32,000 bases of DNA from Nanoarchaeum equitans Kin4-M (GTDB taxonomy: Archaea > Nanobdellota > Nanobdellia > Nanobdellales > Nanoarchaeaceae): NCBI GenBank assembly GCA_000008085.1, contig AE017199.1:270001-302000 (forward strand), read 5' to 3'. A program made the translations under genes and the position numbers. Each line of letters opens with the position of its first letter. The first letter of the stretch is position 1. The notes under the pieces were generated by a model. That model was given only the letters and a program-made list of their open reading frames with translations, was not told where the DNA came from and did not search any database. Shown here piece after piece: positions 18,653 to 27,636 of this stretch.

Positions 18653-18898
18653 ATGGGTTTACAAAATGGAATGACAAACGAAGGTATCGTAAACGCCCCA
18701 GTAACAAGAGATGACTTAGAAAAAGCAGTACCAGGTAAAGGTAAATTAATTAGAGAGATAAAACTAATACTTAGAGTTTATGACAATAATTCATTAGAAG
18801 TTAAAGTTGAAGGAGTAACAAGTACATTCGAAATAATAGGTGCTGCAGATATAATAAAAAGAATAGTAGAGAGCAACTTGTCTCCACAAAGGCAATAG
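18653..18898 (+). CDS. Small protein, 81 aa, unknown
   Basis: Intact ORF with upstream TATA-like TTTATAAA; stop TAG directly abuts the TTG start of the next gene. Confidence 0.6.
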   Translation: MGLQNGMTNEGIVNAPVTRDDLEKAVPGKGKLIREIKLILRVYDNNSLEVKVEGVTSTFEIIGAADIIKRIVESNLSPQRQ

Positions 18899-19417
18899 TT
18901 GGATTGGCTTAAATTATATAAAGAATTCTATAAATTTGAGGACAACCCTTTTAAAGAGGGGCAAACCATAGAAGGACAAGCAAAAATAATTAAAGAGAAA
19001 ACCAAACCCCCAGCAAGGTATAATGAAGCAACCCTATTAAAAAAGATGGAATCCTTGAATTTGGGCACAAAAAGCACTAGGGCTTTAATTATTGATATTT
19101 TATTCAAAAGAAACTATGTTAAGGGCAAATCTATCTATATTACCCCCTTGGGGGAAAAGGTTATAGAAGTTTTTGAAAAATACTTACCTCAAATTATTGA
19201 TGTTGAATTAACAAGAAAAATGGAAGAATATTTAGAAAAAATAGAGAAAGGCCATTTAGAATATAGAGAAAAAGCTATTGAAGAAGCAAAACAAATAATA
19301 AAAGAAGTTACTAAAGAAATAAAAGAAAAAGAAAAAGAGATTGGGAAAGAGCTTTATGATGTTTATCTTAAAGCTCGTAATTCACAGGACTCTCGCTCCC
19401 GCAAGCGTGGCACTTAA
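18899..19417 (+). CDS. C-terminal fragment/subunit of archaeal DNA topoisomerase I (type IA), no Toprim or active-site Tyr segment
   Basis: EGQAKIIKEKTKPPARYNEATLLKKMESLNLGTKSTRALIIDILFKRNYVKGKSIYITPLGEKVIEVFEKYLPQIIDVELTRKMEEYLEKIEKG; visibly parallels the 15479-17584 protein segment [34 protein letters not shown]... Confidence 0.8.
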   Translation: MDWLKLYKEFYKFEDNPFKEGQTIEGQAKIIKEKTKPPARYNEATLLKKMESLNLGTKSTRALIIDILFKRNYVKGKSIYITPLGEKVIEVFEKYLPQIIDVELTRKMEEYLEKIEKGHLEYREKAIEEAKQIIKEVTKEIKEKEKEIGKELYDVYLKARNSQDSRSRKRGT

Positions 19418-19787
19418 TATAATATATTTTTCTCCCCCTTTCTATTAATTCGGTATCGGGTCTTTTGCATACTGGACATATAACGAAAATATTAATGAAT
19501 TCGTCGAGTTTTTTCTTTATTGTTTCGTAAGAAACCCTTTTATTTATTATTAAGCTATTCCCTTCTATAATGGTTTGAACAAATAATTCTTTGCTAAAGA
19601 ATTTGGCTATTATCTTTGGATCTCTGTTTAGATAATTGGCAATTTGCTTAAAATTGGTTATAATAGTTCGGTTTTTTACATATTCTATATGTGGGATAGG
19701 AGGATTCCAACGAATTTGTTCTTGTTTAATGACATCCTTCAATTTTTGGTAGGCCCTTTCTAATAATTCAAAATAATTATATTCCAT
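19368..19787 (-). CDS. Translation initiation factor aIF2 beta
   Basis: IPHIEYVKNRTIITNFKQIANYLNRDPKIIAKFFSKEL...ICPVCKRPDTELIERGRKIYYIKCHACGSESPV. Confidence 0.93.
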   Translation of the reverse strand: MEYNYFELLERAYQKLKDVIKQEQIRWNPPIPHIEYVKNRTIITNFKQIANYLNRDPKIIAKFFSKELFVQTIIEGNSLIINKRVSYETIKKKLDEFINIFVICPVCKRPDTELIERGRKIYYIKCHACGSESPVNYEL

Positions 19788-19795
19788 TGGGTTTT

Positions 19796-20425
19796 CTATT
19801 GGTTCTCTTTTAAATTCTTTATTTCATTATAAAGGCTCTCTATTAATGCCCAATTTTTTAGCAATTTTCTATTGGCTTCTTCAACCAAAACTTTAATATA
19901 TTCCTCGCTAACTAGATGTTTGTTTTTGTATACAATAGTTTCAATTCTGTCGTGGCCCATAATATACAGAATTACCCTTTCAAATCCATATTTTTTGTTA
20001 TTTACTTCGTATTTGTCGTAATATATTTGGTCTGACAATTTTATATTAAATAAAGCGCTATATTTCAATCCAAGCTTTTGGGCTATAGATAATAGTTTTA
20101 GCCCATCATACAAAGTTCGAGCCTGTATATGTATAATAAAAGGTTCAAACTTAAATATCAAAGGCTTTTCTCCTTTGTAATTTATATAATATTCATATAG
20201 CTCTTCCGCTTTAACTGGATAATGGCTTTTGAATAATGGATAGCTATTGTATTTTTTACCCCCTTCTACAAATAAAGAGATTCTCCCGGAACAACTGGAT
20301 AAAGTAAAATAATTATCAAAACTATTTATTAAATCTAATAAAGGAATTATAGGTTTATCCACATAGCCTAATTGTTTTTCTCTCTCTAGTCTTTCAAGGA
20401 ATTGCTTTTTTAGTTCATCAAACAT
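19796..20425 (-). CDS. taw3: Taw3/TYW3-family wybutosine/wyosine pathway methyltransferase
   Basis: GYVDKPIIPLLDLINSFDNYFTLSSCSGRISLF...KFEPFIIHIQARTLYDGLKLLSIAQKLGLKYSA. Confidence 0.87.
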   Translation of the reverse strand: MFDELKKQFLERLEREKQLGYVDKPIIPLLDLINSFDNYFTLSSCSGRISLFVEGGKKYNSYPLFKSHYPVKAEELYEYYINYKGEKPLIFKFEPFIIHIQARTLYDGLKLLSIAQKLGLKYSALFNIKLSDQIYYDKYEVNNKKYGFERVILYIMGHDRIETIVYKNKHLVSEEYIKVLVEEANRKLLKNWALIESLYNEIKNLKENQ

Positions 20426-20464
20426 TGGGCAAACATTTATAAAATCTTAAAAGTTTATCCCTAA

Positions 20465-20806
20465 ATGAAATTGGCCGAACTAATAGAATTACCAAAAGAG
20501 CAATGCAATGATAAAAAATGCCCACACCATGGACATCTAAAAGTTAGGGGATTCTTCTTTAAAGGAAAAGTAATCAAAAAGAGCGATAACAAAACTGTTA
20601 AAATAGAGATTATTAGATATTATTGGTTACCCAAATATGAGAGATACGAATTAAGAAGAACTAGGATAACAGCGTATTTACCGGAATGCTTAAAAGACAT
20701 AAAAGAGGGAGATTATGTATTAATAGGGGAAACAAGACCATTATCTAAAACCAAACATTTTGTAGTATTAGGCAAGCTAAAGAAGGGTATAGCTCTAACT
20801 CAATGA
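20465..20806 (+). CDS. rps17: Ribosomal protein uS17
   Basis: CNDKKCPHHGHLKVRGFFFKGKVIKKSDNKTVKIEIIRYYWLPKYERYELRRTRITAYLPECLKDIKEGDYVLIGETRPLSKTKHFVV. Confidence 0.95.
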   Translation: MKLAELIELPKEQCNDKKCPHHGHLKVRGFFFKGKVIKKSDNKTVKIEIIRYYWLPKYERYELRRTRITAYLPECLKDIKEGDYVLIGETRPLSKTKHFVVLGKLKKGIALTQ

Positions 20807-21039
20807 AACCAATAAGGGCTTTCATATTAATACAAGTAAAACCTGGCTACGAAACAAGTGTTGCAGAAACTTTAACTAGTTATGATGAAATTGAAGAGGC
20901 TTATTTAGTTTATGGTGAATGGGACATAGTTGCAAAAGTCAAAGCCCCAACAATTGGGGAACTAAAAGATTTAATTGTGAAAAAGATAAGAACCATTCCT
21001 GGAGTAGAAATGACCTCTACTCTAGTTGTTGTTGAGTAA
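20803..21039 (+). CDS. Stand-alone Lrp/AsnC C-terminal (RAM) domain protein
   Basis: RAFILIQVKPGYETSVAETLTSYDEIEEAYLVYGEWDIVAKVKAPTIGELKDLIVKKIRTIPGVEMTSTLVVV. Confidence 0.88.
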   Translation: MKPIRAFILIQVKPGYETSVAETLTSYDEIEEAYLVYGEWDIVAKVKAPTIGELKDLIVKKIRTIPGVEMTSTLVVVE

Positions 21040-21501
21040 CCTTTCGGAAAAGCTGAAATTATTTATTTTCCCAAGCTCTTTCAATAGAACAAAAATAGAA
21101 TTGGCCATATTTTCTATTAAACTTTTTATGAAAGGTATATTTTTATAGAAATCTTTGAATCTGTCACAATCCTTTTGGCATTCCAAAATTAGTTTATATT
21201 CTTTTAATTCTATCGATATTTCGTTCTTTTTTATAGAGCATTTCATATTTATTTTTATTTTGAATTTATTGCCAAAATCTGGATCAAAATAGATTGTATT
21301 ATCTTTATCTAATTCGCATTCGAAGCTATCTTCGCTAATTTTTAGCTTATTAAAAGATAAATCCTTAAAACCAGGATCAAAATTCTGTTTGAGCCAATTT
21401 ATTAGAAAATTATAGCTATCCAAAACCTTTATATTCCCTTTATATTGAATTTTTATGGAAAAACTTGCTAACTCAGTATCGCTCATTATTCCAATACCCA
21501 T
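21022..21501 (-). CDS. Hypothetical protein, 159 aa
   Basis: Intact ORF; 29-bp overlap with upstream dCTP deaminase-like gene. Confidence 0.6.
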   Translation of the reverse strand: MGIGIMSDTELASFSIKIQYKGNIKVLDSYNFLINWLKQNFDPGFKDLSFNKLKISEDSFECELDKDNTIYFDPDFGNKFKIKINMKCSIKKNEISIELKEYKLILECQKDCDRFKDFYKNIPFIKSLIENMANSIFVLLKELGKINNFSFSERLLNNN

Positions 21502-21970
21502 TATAAAGCTCTTCTGCTGGCATTAGCATTTGTATAAAAATTAATTGTATCCATGCTTCGTTTATATGAATTTTAGCTTTCTTTGGAAAATAAAATGTTT
21601 GAGTAAATTCCCCTTTATAACCAGGATCAAACAAAGCAGTTTCATATTTTTGGATTCCCAATCTATTTAACGAACTTCTAGGTAATGCTAATGCAACCAT
21701 ATATGGAGGGATAACAACTTCAGGGAACACTACATAATACAAACCTTCATCTAAAACCCAATAATCATCTATAGGTTTTATTTCTTCTAAATTCTCTCTT
21801 AGCTCTACGAATTTATCGTTAATAATAAACCCCCTTTTGTTACCATGTAAATAAATGTAATCGAAATCCTTTATTTTGAATACCTTTTTAGGTTTAACAT
21901 CTATACCCGCAGGGTTTACTTTAACATATTCACTAACAAATTTTTTAGCTATTTTTCCTGGTATAATCAT
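21473..21970 (-). CDS. Divergent dCTP deaminase/dUTPase-superfamily protein
   Basis: VNPAGIDVKPKKVF, LALPRSSLNRLGIQKYETALFDPGYKGEFTQTFYF. Confidence 0.85.
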   Translation of the reverse strand: MIIPGKIAKKFVSEYVKVNPAGIDVKPKKVFKIKDFDYIYLHGNKRGFIINDKFVELRENLEEIKPIDDYWVLDEGLYYVVFPEVVIPPYMVALALPRSSLNRLGIQKYETALFDPGYKGEFTQTFYFPKKAKIHINEAWIQLIFIQMLMPAEELYNGYWNNERY

Positions 21971-22908
21971 TTTTCACATTTAGAATAGGATTCGCATATC
22001 GCTTTCCTTAAATCTTCAGTAGTCACTTTCCTAGTATAGATATCTGGATATAACACATCATTTATAAACAATGTGGGGCTCCCTTCTACTTGTTTCTTTT
22101 CTACTAATTCCATATCTTTTAGCAAATATTTTTCTGCTTCCTCTTTAACACATTTTTCTATAACATTCCAATCTATACCCAATTTTTTAGCGGTTTCTTT
22201 AGCTATTTTCTTTAATTTTTCTATATCATTTATTTCAAAAGCATGTTTATTTAACTCAATAACAAAAGAGGCCCATTTCTTTATACCATATTTATTGTAT
22301 ACACAAACTTCATAAGCGCTTTGTAATACCTCTGCTGGCCCATGTAAAGCATAAAAAGTAGTATTTCCTATTTTATAGCCCTTTTGCCCTTGGTATAACG
22401 GTTTGTTATATACCATATAATGGACATGGAAGTCCATTGAGGTATTATTTAGCAAAGGTAGCAATAAGTCCTCTGCTCGATTACCATAGGGACAATTGGC
22501 CATAACATATAAGTCTACTTTTGGAGGGGTATCGCTAACATTTGGTTCAAATATTGGAGTTCTTTTTATATATAAAAATTCCAATTTTCCAATTTTTTGG
22601 GCCGATCCAATTATATAATCATCTACAACGGGTATCTCTACTTCTACTTTGCCTTTCTCACTCTTCACTATAACATCGTACAAACATATAGAACCTTTTT
22701 TTGAAATGCTCTTTATTTCATAATTTTTTGAAGGAAATAGTCTATCCAATATCTCTTTTGAGCAATCCGTTTTTGTGAAACTATAATTATAGGCTGTATA
22801 AGCCGATACAGCCAATATTATCCCTGCTGCTACCCCTATTAATATACTATGCTTATCTAGATTGTTTAAGAAATTTTTTAATTGCTCTTGCCATTTTTTT
22901 ACACTCAT
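21967..22908 (-). CDS. Membrane-anchored thioredoxin-fold protein (DsbA/GILT-like)
   Basis: N-terminal TM; VDLYVMANCPYGNRAEDLLLPLL; C-terminal EGSPTLFINDVLYP. Confidence 0.8.
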   Translation of the reverse strand: MSVKKWQEQLKNFLNNLDKHSILIGVAAGIILAVSAYTAYNYSFTKTDCSKEILDRLFPSKNYEIKSISKKGSICLYDVIVKSEKGKVEVEIPVVDDYIIGSAQKIGKLEFLYIKRTPIFEPNVSDTPPKVDLYVMANCPYGNRAEDLLLPLLNNTSMDFHVHYMVYNKPLYQGQKGYKIGNTTFYALHGPAEVLQSAYEVCVYNKYGIKKWASFVIELNKHAFEINDIEKLKKIAKETAKKLGIDWNVIEKCVKEEAEKYLLKDMELVEKKQVEGSPTLFINDVLYPDIYTRKVTTEDLRKAICESYSKCEK

Positions 22909-22936
22909 TACAGGATTATAACAGAATAATTTAAAG

Positions 22937-23176
22937 CTATATCTTTAGAGAGATCCCTAAAAGTTTTTTACTAATTCTCTCTATCTCTTCCATAAATACA
23001 TCTTTTTCTCTATCAATTATTATAACGATTTTTTCTTTTGCTAGTCTATCGAAAAACTCCCTGTTTTTCAAATAATAAGGGTATAAAACGATATTTATAT
23101 CTCCTATCTCGTTGCATTTGGCATTTGCCATCTTAAATAATAAACAATCATAAATATTGCCCCACACACTTAGCAT
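22937..23176 (-). CDS. Hypothetical small protein, 79 aa
   Basis: ORF fills the gap between neighbouring genes; INIVLYPYYLKNREFFDRLAKEKIVIIIDREKDVFMEEIERISKKLLG. Confidence 0.55.
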   Translation of the reverse strand: MLSVWGNIYDCLLFKMANAKCNEIGDINIVLYPYYLKNREFFDRLAKEKIVIIIDREKDVFMEEIERISKKLLGISLKI

Positions 23177-23210
23177 TAGCCATTTAAATAATGATATAAT
23201 AAAAACCTAA

Positions 23211-23480
23211 ATGGGCATATTTGATATGTTTAAAAAAGAAGAAAAAGAAAAACCTATTGAAGAGCCAATAGAAGAAAAAATCGATTTGCCTATGCAAGAA
23301 CAAGAACAACAACAAATGCCGTTATATCAATATCCCCAACCTCCCCAACCAAATTTTCAACCCAATGAAGACAAAATAGAGCTAATCCTAGCGAAACTAG
23401 AAACAATAGAAGCCTATATAAAGAATTTAGAGAAAAGGTTGGATACATTAGAATTGTTGTTAAAACAAAGATACTTATGA
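23211..23480 (+). CDS. Small Gln/Pro-rich protein with C-terminal coiled coil
   Basis: MGIFDMFKKEEKEKPIEEPIEEK...EQEQQQMPLYQYPQPPQPNFQPNEDKIELILAKLETIEAYIKNLEKRLDTLELLLKQRYL. Confidence 0.65.
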   Translation: MGIFDMFKKEEKEKPIEEPIEEKIDLPMQEQEQQQMPLYQYPQPPQPNFQPNEDKIELILAKLETIEAYIKNLEKRLDTLELLLKQRYL

Positions 23481-24319
23481 GCGAAAAGAAAGAACCTGCT
23501 AATATAGCAGTATACTTAATAGCTTTTCTATTATTAATATGGCTATCAAATGTAATTTACTATTTATTGCAACCTCCAAAAAGGGTAAAGAAATTGCTAT
23601 ACAACGAAAGTGTCTCTAATGGAAATTGTACTGTGTTTAAAGATATACTTTTATCGGATAAAGGTATTGAAATAGATATAAATCCTACTCCAATTGTTTT
23701 ATATAAAACACCAAAACTTTGCCTAACTTCTTCGATATATAATGTGGATCAAATAACTTTGTCAGATAAAGAAGGACTATTAAGAATAGAAAAAAGTGAT
23801 GGCCCCATTATAATTAAATCCGGTAATAAAATAGTATATAAAGGGATAGCAGATAATTTGGAATTGCAAATAAAAGAACCAACAATAACATTAGATTATA
23901 GTATATTTCCAAAAACTATATGTTTATACAACGTTAGTTTTACGCAAAACGAGGTATTATATATAACATATTCACCCTACTTGGGAAAACCATATTTATC
24001 GGGCAATTGTGTTATAAAAATTAATGGCGAGCTCGTTTCCGCTTATAATACACAAATACCCATAAAGCTTAAAATTGGCACAAACAAAATAGAAATAGTT
24101 AATTGCCCTTCTGGTAAAATAGTTTTTGTCCCAAATATGGACAAACTAAAAATAGAGGGCAATGTAACAATTAATGCAGAATTCGATGGTACTATTGAAG
24201 TTTGTTCTAACAAATGCGAAACTTATAGCGAGAAAATTATCAATTTAAGAGTAAAGAACCCAACTTTGATACCCTTAAGAAGAACCTACATAAGAGAGAT
24301 GTCAATATGTTTTAAATAG
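23477..24319 (+). CDS. Membrane-anchored beta-rich extracytoplasmic protein, unknown
   Basis: N-terminal TM YLIAFLLLIWLSNVIYYLL, beta-rich ectodomain with paired Cys; ATGA overlap with upstream gene. Confidence 0.65.
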   Translation: MSEKKEPANIAVYLIAFLLLIWLSNVIYYLLQPPKRVKKLLYNESVSNGNCTVFKDILLSDKGIEIDINPTPIVLYKTPKLCLTSSIYNVDQITLSDKEGLLRIEKSDGPIIIKSGNKIVYKGIADNLELQIKEPTITLDYSIFPKTICLYNVSFTQNEVLYITYSPYLGKPYLSGNCVIKINGELVSAYNTQIPIKLKIGTNKIEIVNCPSGKIVFVPNMDKLKIEGNVTINAEFDGTIEVCSNKCETYSEKIINLRVKNPTLIPLRRTYIREMSICFK

Positions 24320-24336
24320 GATAGACCTATTTTTTT

Positions 24337-24855
24337 ATGAAAGAAGAATATGCTATAGTATTAGATTATAACCCTACTGAAGGTGTAGTATATGCTGTGG
24401 GAACTAAATTTTTTACATTGCTAAAGCTAAAGCCTAAACCAGATGCTGTAATAGCTCCTTTGGAAAAAGTATATGTAGGACCAGGAAAAAGAGATAAAAT
24501 CCAATATATAATAAAAAGGCTAAAATACGACGAACTAACGGATTTTGCTAAAGAACAATTAGAAAAAGCCATAGAACAAATAGTAAAAGAGAGAGAAAAA
24601 GAGTTTGTAGAATTCTTTAATATGGCTGGGCCTATAACTTTAAGGTTGCATTCTTTAGAGTTATTTGAAGGAATAGGTAAAAAAACCGTAAACGAAATAA
24701 TTAGCGAAAGAGAAAGAGAAAAATTCAAATCCTTTGAAGATATAGAGAAAAGAATACCAAAACTAAAGAATATAGTAAAAATAATAGCTAAAAGGATTTT
24801 AGACGAATTAAGATGTAAAGACAAATACCATCTATTTACATCTAGGTTTTGTTAA
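24337..24855 (+). CDS. DUF655-type helix-hairpin-helix protein
   Basis: KEEYAIVLDYNP...VYVGPGKRDKIQYIIKRLKYDELTDFAKEQLEKAIEQIV...HSLELFEGIGKKTVNEIISERE..PFxSFEDI-like spacing. Confidence 0.85.
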   Translation: MKEEYAIVLDYNPTEGVVYAVGTKFFTLLKLKPKPDAVIAPLEKVYVGPGKRDKIQYIIKRLKYDELTDFAKEQLEKAIEQIVKEREKEFVEFFNMAGPITLRLHSLELFEGIGKKTVNEIISEREREKFKSFEDIEKRIPKLKNIVKIIAKRILDELRCKDKYHLFTSRFC

Positions 24856-25471
24856 TTTTCCATAGCCATAGAAATTTTGGATCTGCATCTTTTGGTTTTG
24901 GGTTTAGCCTTTCTTTGAAAACCAAATCGATATATTCTAAGGGGTATATTTTATAGCCTACACTTACTATAAAAGAAATTATTTTTCGAACCATATGGTA
25001 TAAAAATCTATCCCCAACAATTGAAAAAACATAATAGTCTTTTCTTTCCTCTATATCGAATTTTATTATAGTACACAATGGGTTTTTTGCTTCTCTCTCA
25101 ATAGTAAAATTAGTAAAATCCTTTTTACCAATAAAATGTTTCGCTGCTTCTTTCATTAAATCTAAATTAGGCAAGCCCTTTACTTTTATTTTTGTTTTTC
25201 TTACAATTATGTTTCCAACTTTATGTAAATAACTAATTTGTTCTATTGCTTTATCTTTTGGCAAAAAATATTTATATTCTTTTGATAACACCTTATTTAT
25301 TGGCTCTTCTCCTAAAAGAATTACATTTTTCGGCAATACTTTTGGTATATTCCCATAAAAATAGTTTTCTCTCGCAGAAACATATTTATCTGTCCTCGAA
25401 ATCCATTTACCTTTAATTAGTTGGGCGATAGCTTTGTTTGGCCTAAAATACCAAAACTTATAATAATACAT
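24842..25471 (-). CDS. truA: tRNA pseudouridine synthase A (TruA), shortened
   Basis: SRTDKYVSARENYFYG, FIGKKDFTNFT, ISFEIVGDRFLYHMVRKI-like (VFSIVGDRFLYHMVRKIISF). Confidence 0.82.
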   Translation of the reverse strand: MYYYKFWYFRPNKAIAQLIKGKWISRTDKYVSARENYFYGNIPKVLPKNVILLGEEPINKVLSKEYKYFLPKDKAIEQISYLHKVGNIIVRKTKIKVKGLPNLDLMKEAAKHFIGKKDFTNFTIEREAKNPLCTIIKFDIEERKDYYVFSIVGDRFLYHMVRKIISFIVSVGYKIYPLEYIDLVFKERLNPKPKDADPKFLWLWKINKT

Positions 25472-26003
25472 TTCTTAGCAATCTAATTCCTATTCTTTTA
25501 AGGATTTCTCCCATAATATGGGCCATCGGGAAAAATCCTAATATCACTAATATTAGTCCCACTAAAGCAGAATATAAATCATGGCCCAAAACAAATGCAT
25601 ACTCTTTAGGATAATAAATTATTGGAGTAACCAATATTTGTAGGAAAAATATCTCTCTACTTCTAGCTAACAAATATACTAACCATTCGACCCTTTTAAA
25701 GTATAGCCATAATATTAGAAAGCCATAAATTATAATAGTTATAGCTGCTTCTAAGCCTAACAAATAAAATGGGTCTTTCGATAGATTAGAAAAGCTTTGC
25801 CTTCCCCATTCCATCCCCATCCAAAAGCAGCTGTTTGCGTTAAAGATTATGTCTTCTTTTTCAAAATGATGCAAAGTTTCTACTAACAACCATGAAACAT
25901 ATATAGGAATTACAACCCAAAGTAATTCTAAATGCTTTAATGGCGCTAATAATAGATCTAAAAATACTTTAATAAAATGCAGATAACCTTGTATTATATC
26001 CAT
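25458..26003 (-). CDS. Multi-TM membrane protein, unknown
   Basis: Several hydrophobic helices; 181 aa; overlaps both neighbours. Confidence 0.65.
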   Translation of the reverse strand: MDIIQGYLHFIKVFLDLLLAPLKHLELLWVVIPIYVSWLLVETLHHFEKEDIIFNANSCFWMGMEWGRQSFSNLSKDPFYLLGLEAAITIIIYGFLILWLYFKRVEWLVYLLARSREIFFLQILVTPIIYYPKEYAFVLGHDLYSALVGLILVILGFFPMAHIMGEILKRIGIRLLRNVLL

Positions 26004-26818
26004 TGTTCTATTGTTTTTTCTCTTTCTGTTGTTAATTCTCCAACTTCTATTATTAGTTTTTTAGCTAACAGTTTACTATATTGCCTAGCTATTGTATCGG
26101 CCAAAACTATTGGTTCATATACTCCATAATAATTAGTATAATTCGCAATGTTTTCTAGTAAATCCATATTATTGGGACTAATAACTATTAAAGATGGGTT
26201 TCTTCCGAAATATGCTAAAATAGTTTTGAATTTTTTATTGAAAAATATTATGTCTCTGCCTTCTATATAGAAAGGTTGGTTCTTCTCCAAATAATACAAA
26301 GAAAGCAAATCTAAAATATATTTGCTTACTATATATTCGTCTCCAAATATATTGGTTATTCCCCAATTGGTTATCTTTTTAGCAAAAAATATTGTTTTCT
26401 CTAAGTTGGCTTTAATTAAATCCCTATACTCATTAACTATAGGTAAATCGTATTTTTCCAATAATCTTTTATCAATGTTAGGAGAGCCATCTATTATTAT
26501 TGTTCCATCGTATTCGTTAATTAGTTGCCATTCGGTATATTTCATTGCTAATGTTTTAACATTTTCATCCTCTACATCTGTTAACATTGTATTAGAGTTA
26601 TAATAATCGTTATCTTTATTAACTATTACTGCTCCAACGATTAGTGCTAAGCGGTTCCCTCTAAAGGGGATAACTCTAATAGAGGAATCAATAGCGGGCA
26701 AAGCTCCTTCTTTTGTATCAACAAAGTTTATTCTTTCTTTAATAGAATCAAAATCCAATTCTAGCTCTTTTTCTAAATAGTTTTTTAGTTTTTCTATCCC
26801 CACTATTTCTAATAGCAT
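25994..26818 (-). CDS. NurA-domain-like nuclease (tentative)
   Basis: GALPAIDSSIRVIPFRGNRLALIVGAVIV, GTIIIDGSPNIDKRLLE; consistent with the NurA fold. Confidence 0.5.
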   Translation of the reverse strand: MLLEIVGIEKLKNYLEKELELDFDSIKERINFVDTKEGALPAIDSSIRVIPFRGNRLALIVGAVIVNKDNDYYNSNTMLTDVEDENVKTLAMKYTEWQLINEYDGTIIIDGSPNIDKRLLEKYDLPIVNEYRDLIKANLEKTIFFAKKITNWGITNIFGDEYIVSKYILDLLSLYYLEKNQPFYIEGRDIIFFNKKFKTILAYFGRNPSLIVISPNNMDLLENIANYTNYYGVYEPIVLADTIARQYSKLLAKKLIIEVGELTTEREKTIEQWI

Positions 26819-26865
26819 TTGTTAATACTATAGAAAAGCTTTAAAATTGAAAAAAACTTACCCAA

Positions 26866-27063
26866 GTGCTACCACCAATTAGATGTTTTAGTTGTGGCAA
26901 ACCTTTGGGACATCTATGGGAAGAGTTTAATGAAAGGGTAAATAAAGGGGAAGATCCAAAAAAAGTTTTAGATGATTTAGGATTGGAAAGATATTGTTGT
27001 AGAAGAACATTATTAAGCGCTGTAGTAGTATTTCCAGTAATAGCTAAATTTAAGAAGGTTTAG
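26866..27063 (+). CDS. rpoN: RNA polymerase subunit Rpo10 (RpoN/Rpb10), GTG start
   Basis: [52 protein letters not shown]. Confidence 0.96.
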   Translation: MLPPIRCFSCGKPLGHLWEEFNERVNKGEDPKKVLDDLGLERYCCRRTLLSAVVVFPVIAKFKKV

Positions 27064-27610
27064 TCCTCTCTGCTATCACTATAAAACCATTAAACTTTAC
27101 CCCACTAATCTCGAATCTCGTTCCATTTGGTGTCTTAGTTACCCTATGCTCTTCTAACCAAACTATTTCGGTATTAAACCCATCCAATATATCTATTAAT
27201 TGGGAAAGCTTTTCAAAATGTATAACGAAGATAACTAAATATTTTTTGGCCTTATCTTTAACTTTCTTTACAACGTCTATAACATTTTTCACATCTATAA
27301 TAATTAGATCTGCTTCTTCATCTATATTTTCTAAACCTATCTCTCTTTTTTTGATAATAACATTATCGAGATTTGCTTTGCTTAGGTTTTCTTTTAGTAT
27401 TGGGATCCATCTATCGTCTTTTTCATAAACTATTATTTTGTTTGGGTATACTAAATAAGCTAAATACATAGTTAAACTACCAGAGCCTGGACCTATTTCC
27501 ACTATAGTCCAATCCTTTTCTGGTAGAACTCTCGCTATAATATAGCCTATATCTTTTAACATTAAACTTTGGGGGCCCCTTTTTCGGTTTTTCCATATAT
27601 CATATAACAT
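27050..27610 (-). CDS. TrmI-like (tRNA m1A58) SAM methyltransferase; start revised to ATG at 27610
   Basis: [48 protein letters not shown] track start 27631 is TTG; the ATG at 27610 leaves room for the sRNA promoter. Confidence 0.8.
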   Translation of the reverse strand: MLYDIWKNRKRGPQSLMLKDIGYIIARVLPEKDWTIVEIGPGSGSLTMYLAYLVYPNKIIVYEKDDRWIPILKENLSKANLDNVIIKKREIGLENIDEEADLIIIDVKNVIDVVKKVKDKAKKYLVIFVIHFEKLSQLIDILDGFNTEIVWLEEHRVTKTPNGTRFEISGVKFNGFIVIAERTKPS

Positions 27611-27636
27611 ATAAAGAAAAGGTAATACCAATTAAA

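Noticed and set aside
24366-24824. 152-aa minus-strand ORF antisense to the DUF655 gene
   Set aside because: Ser/Phe/Leu-rich shadow; the plus-strand protein has recognisable HhH family sequence.
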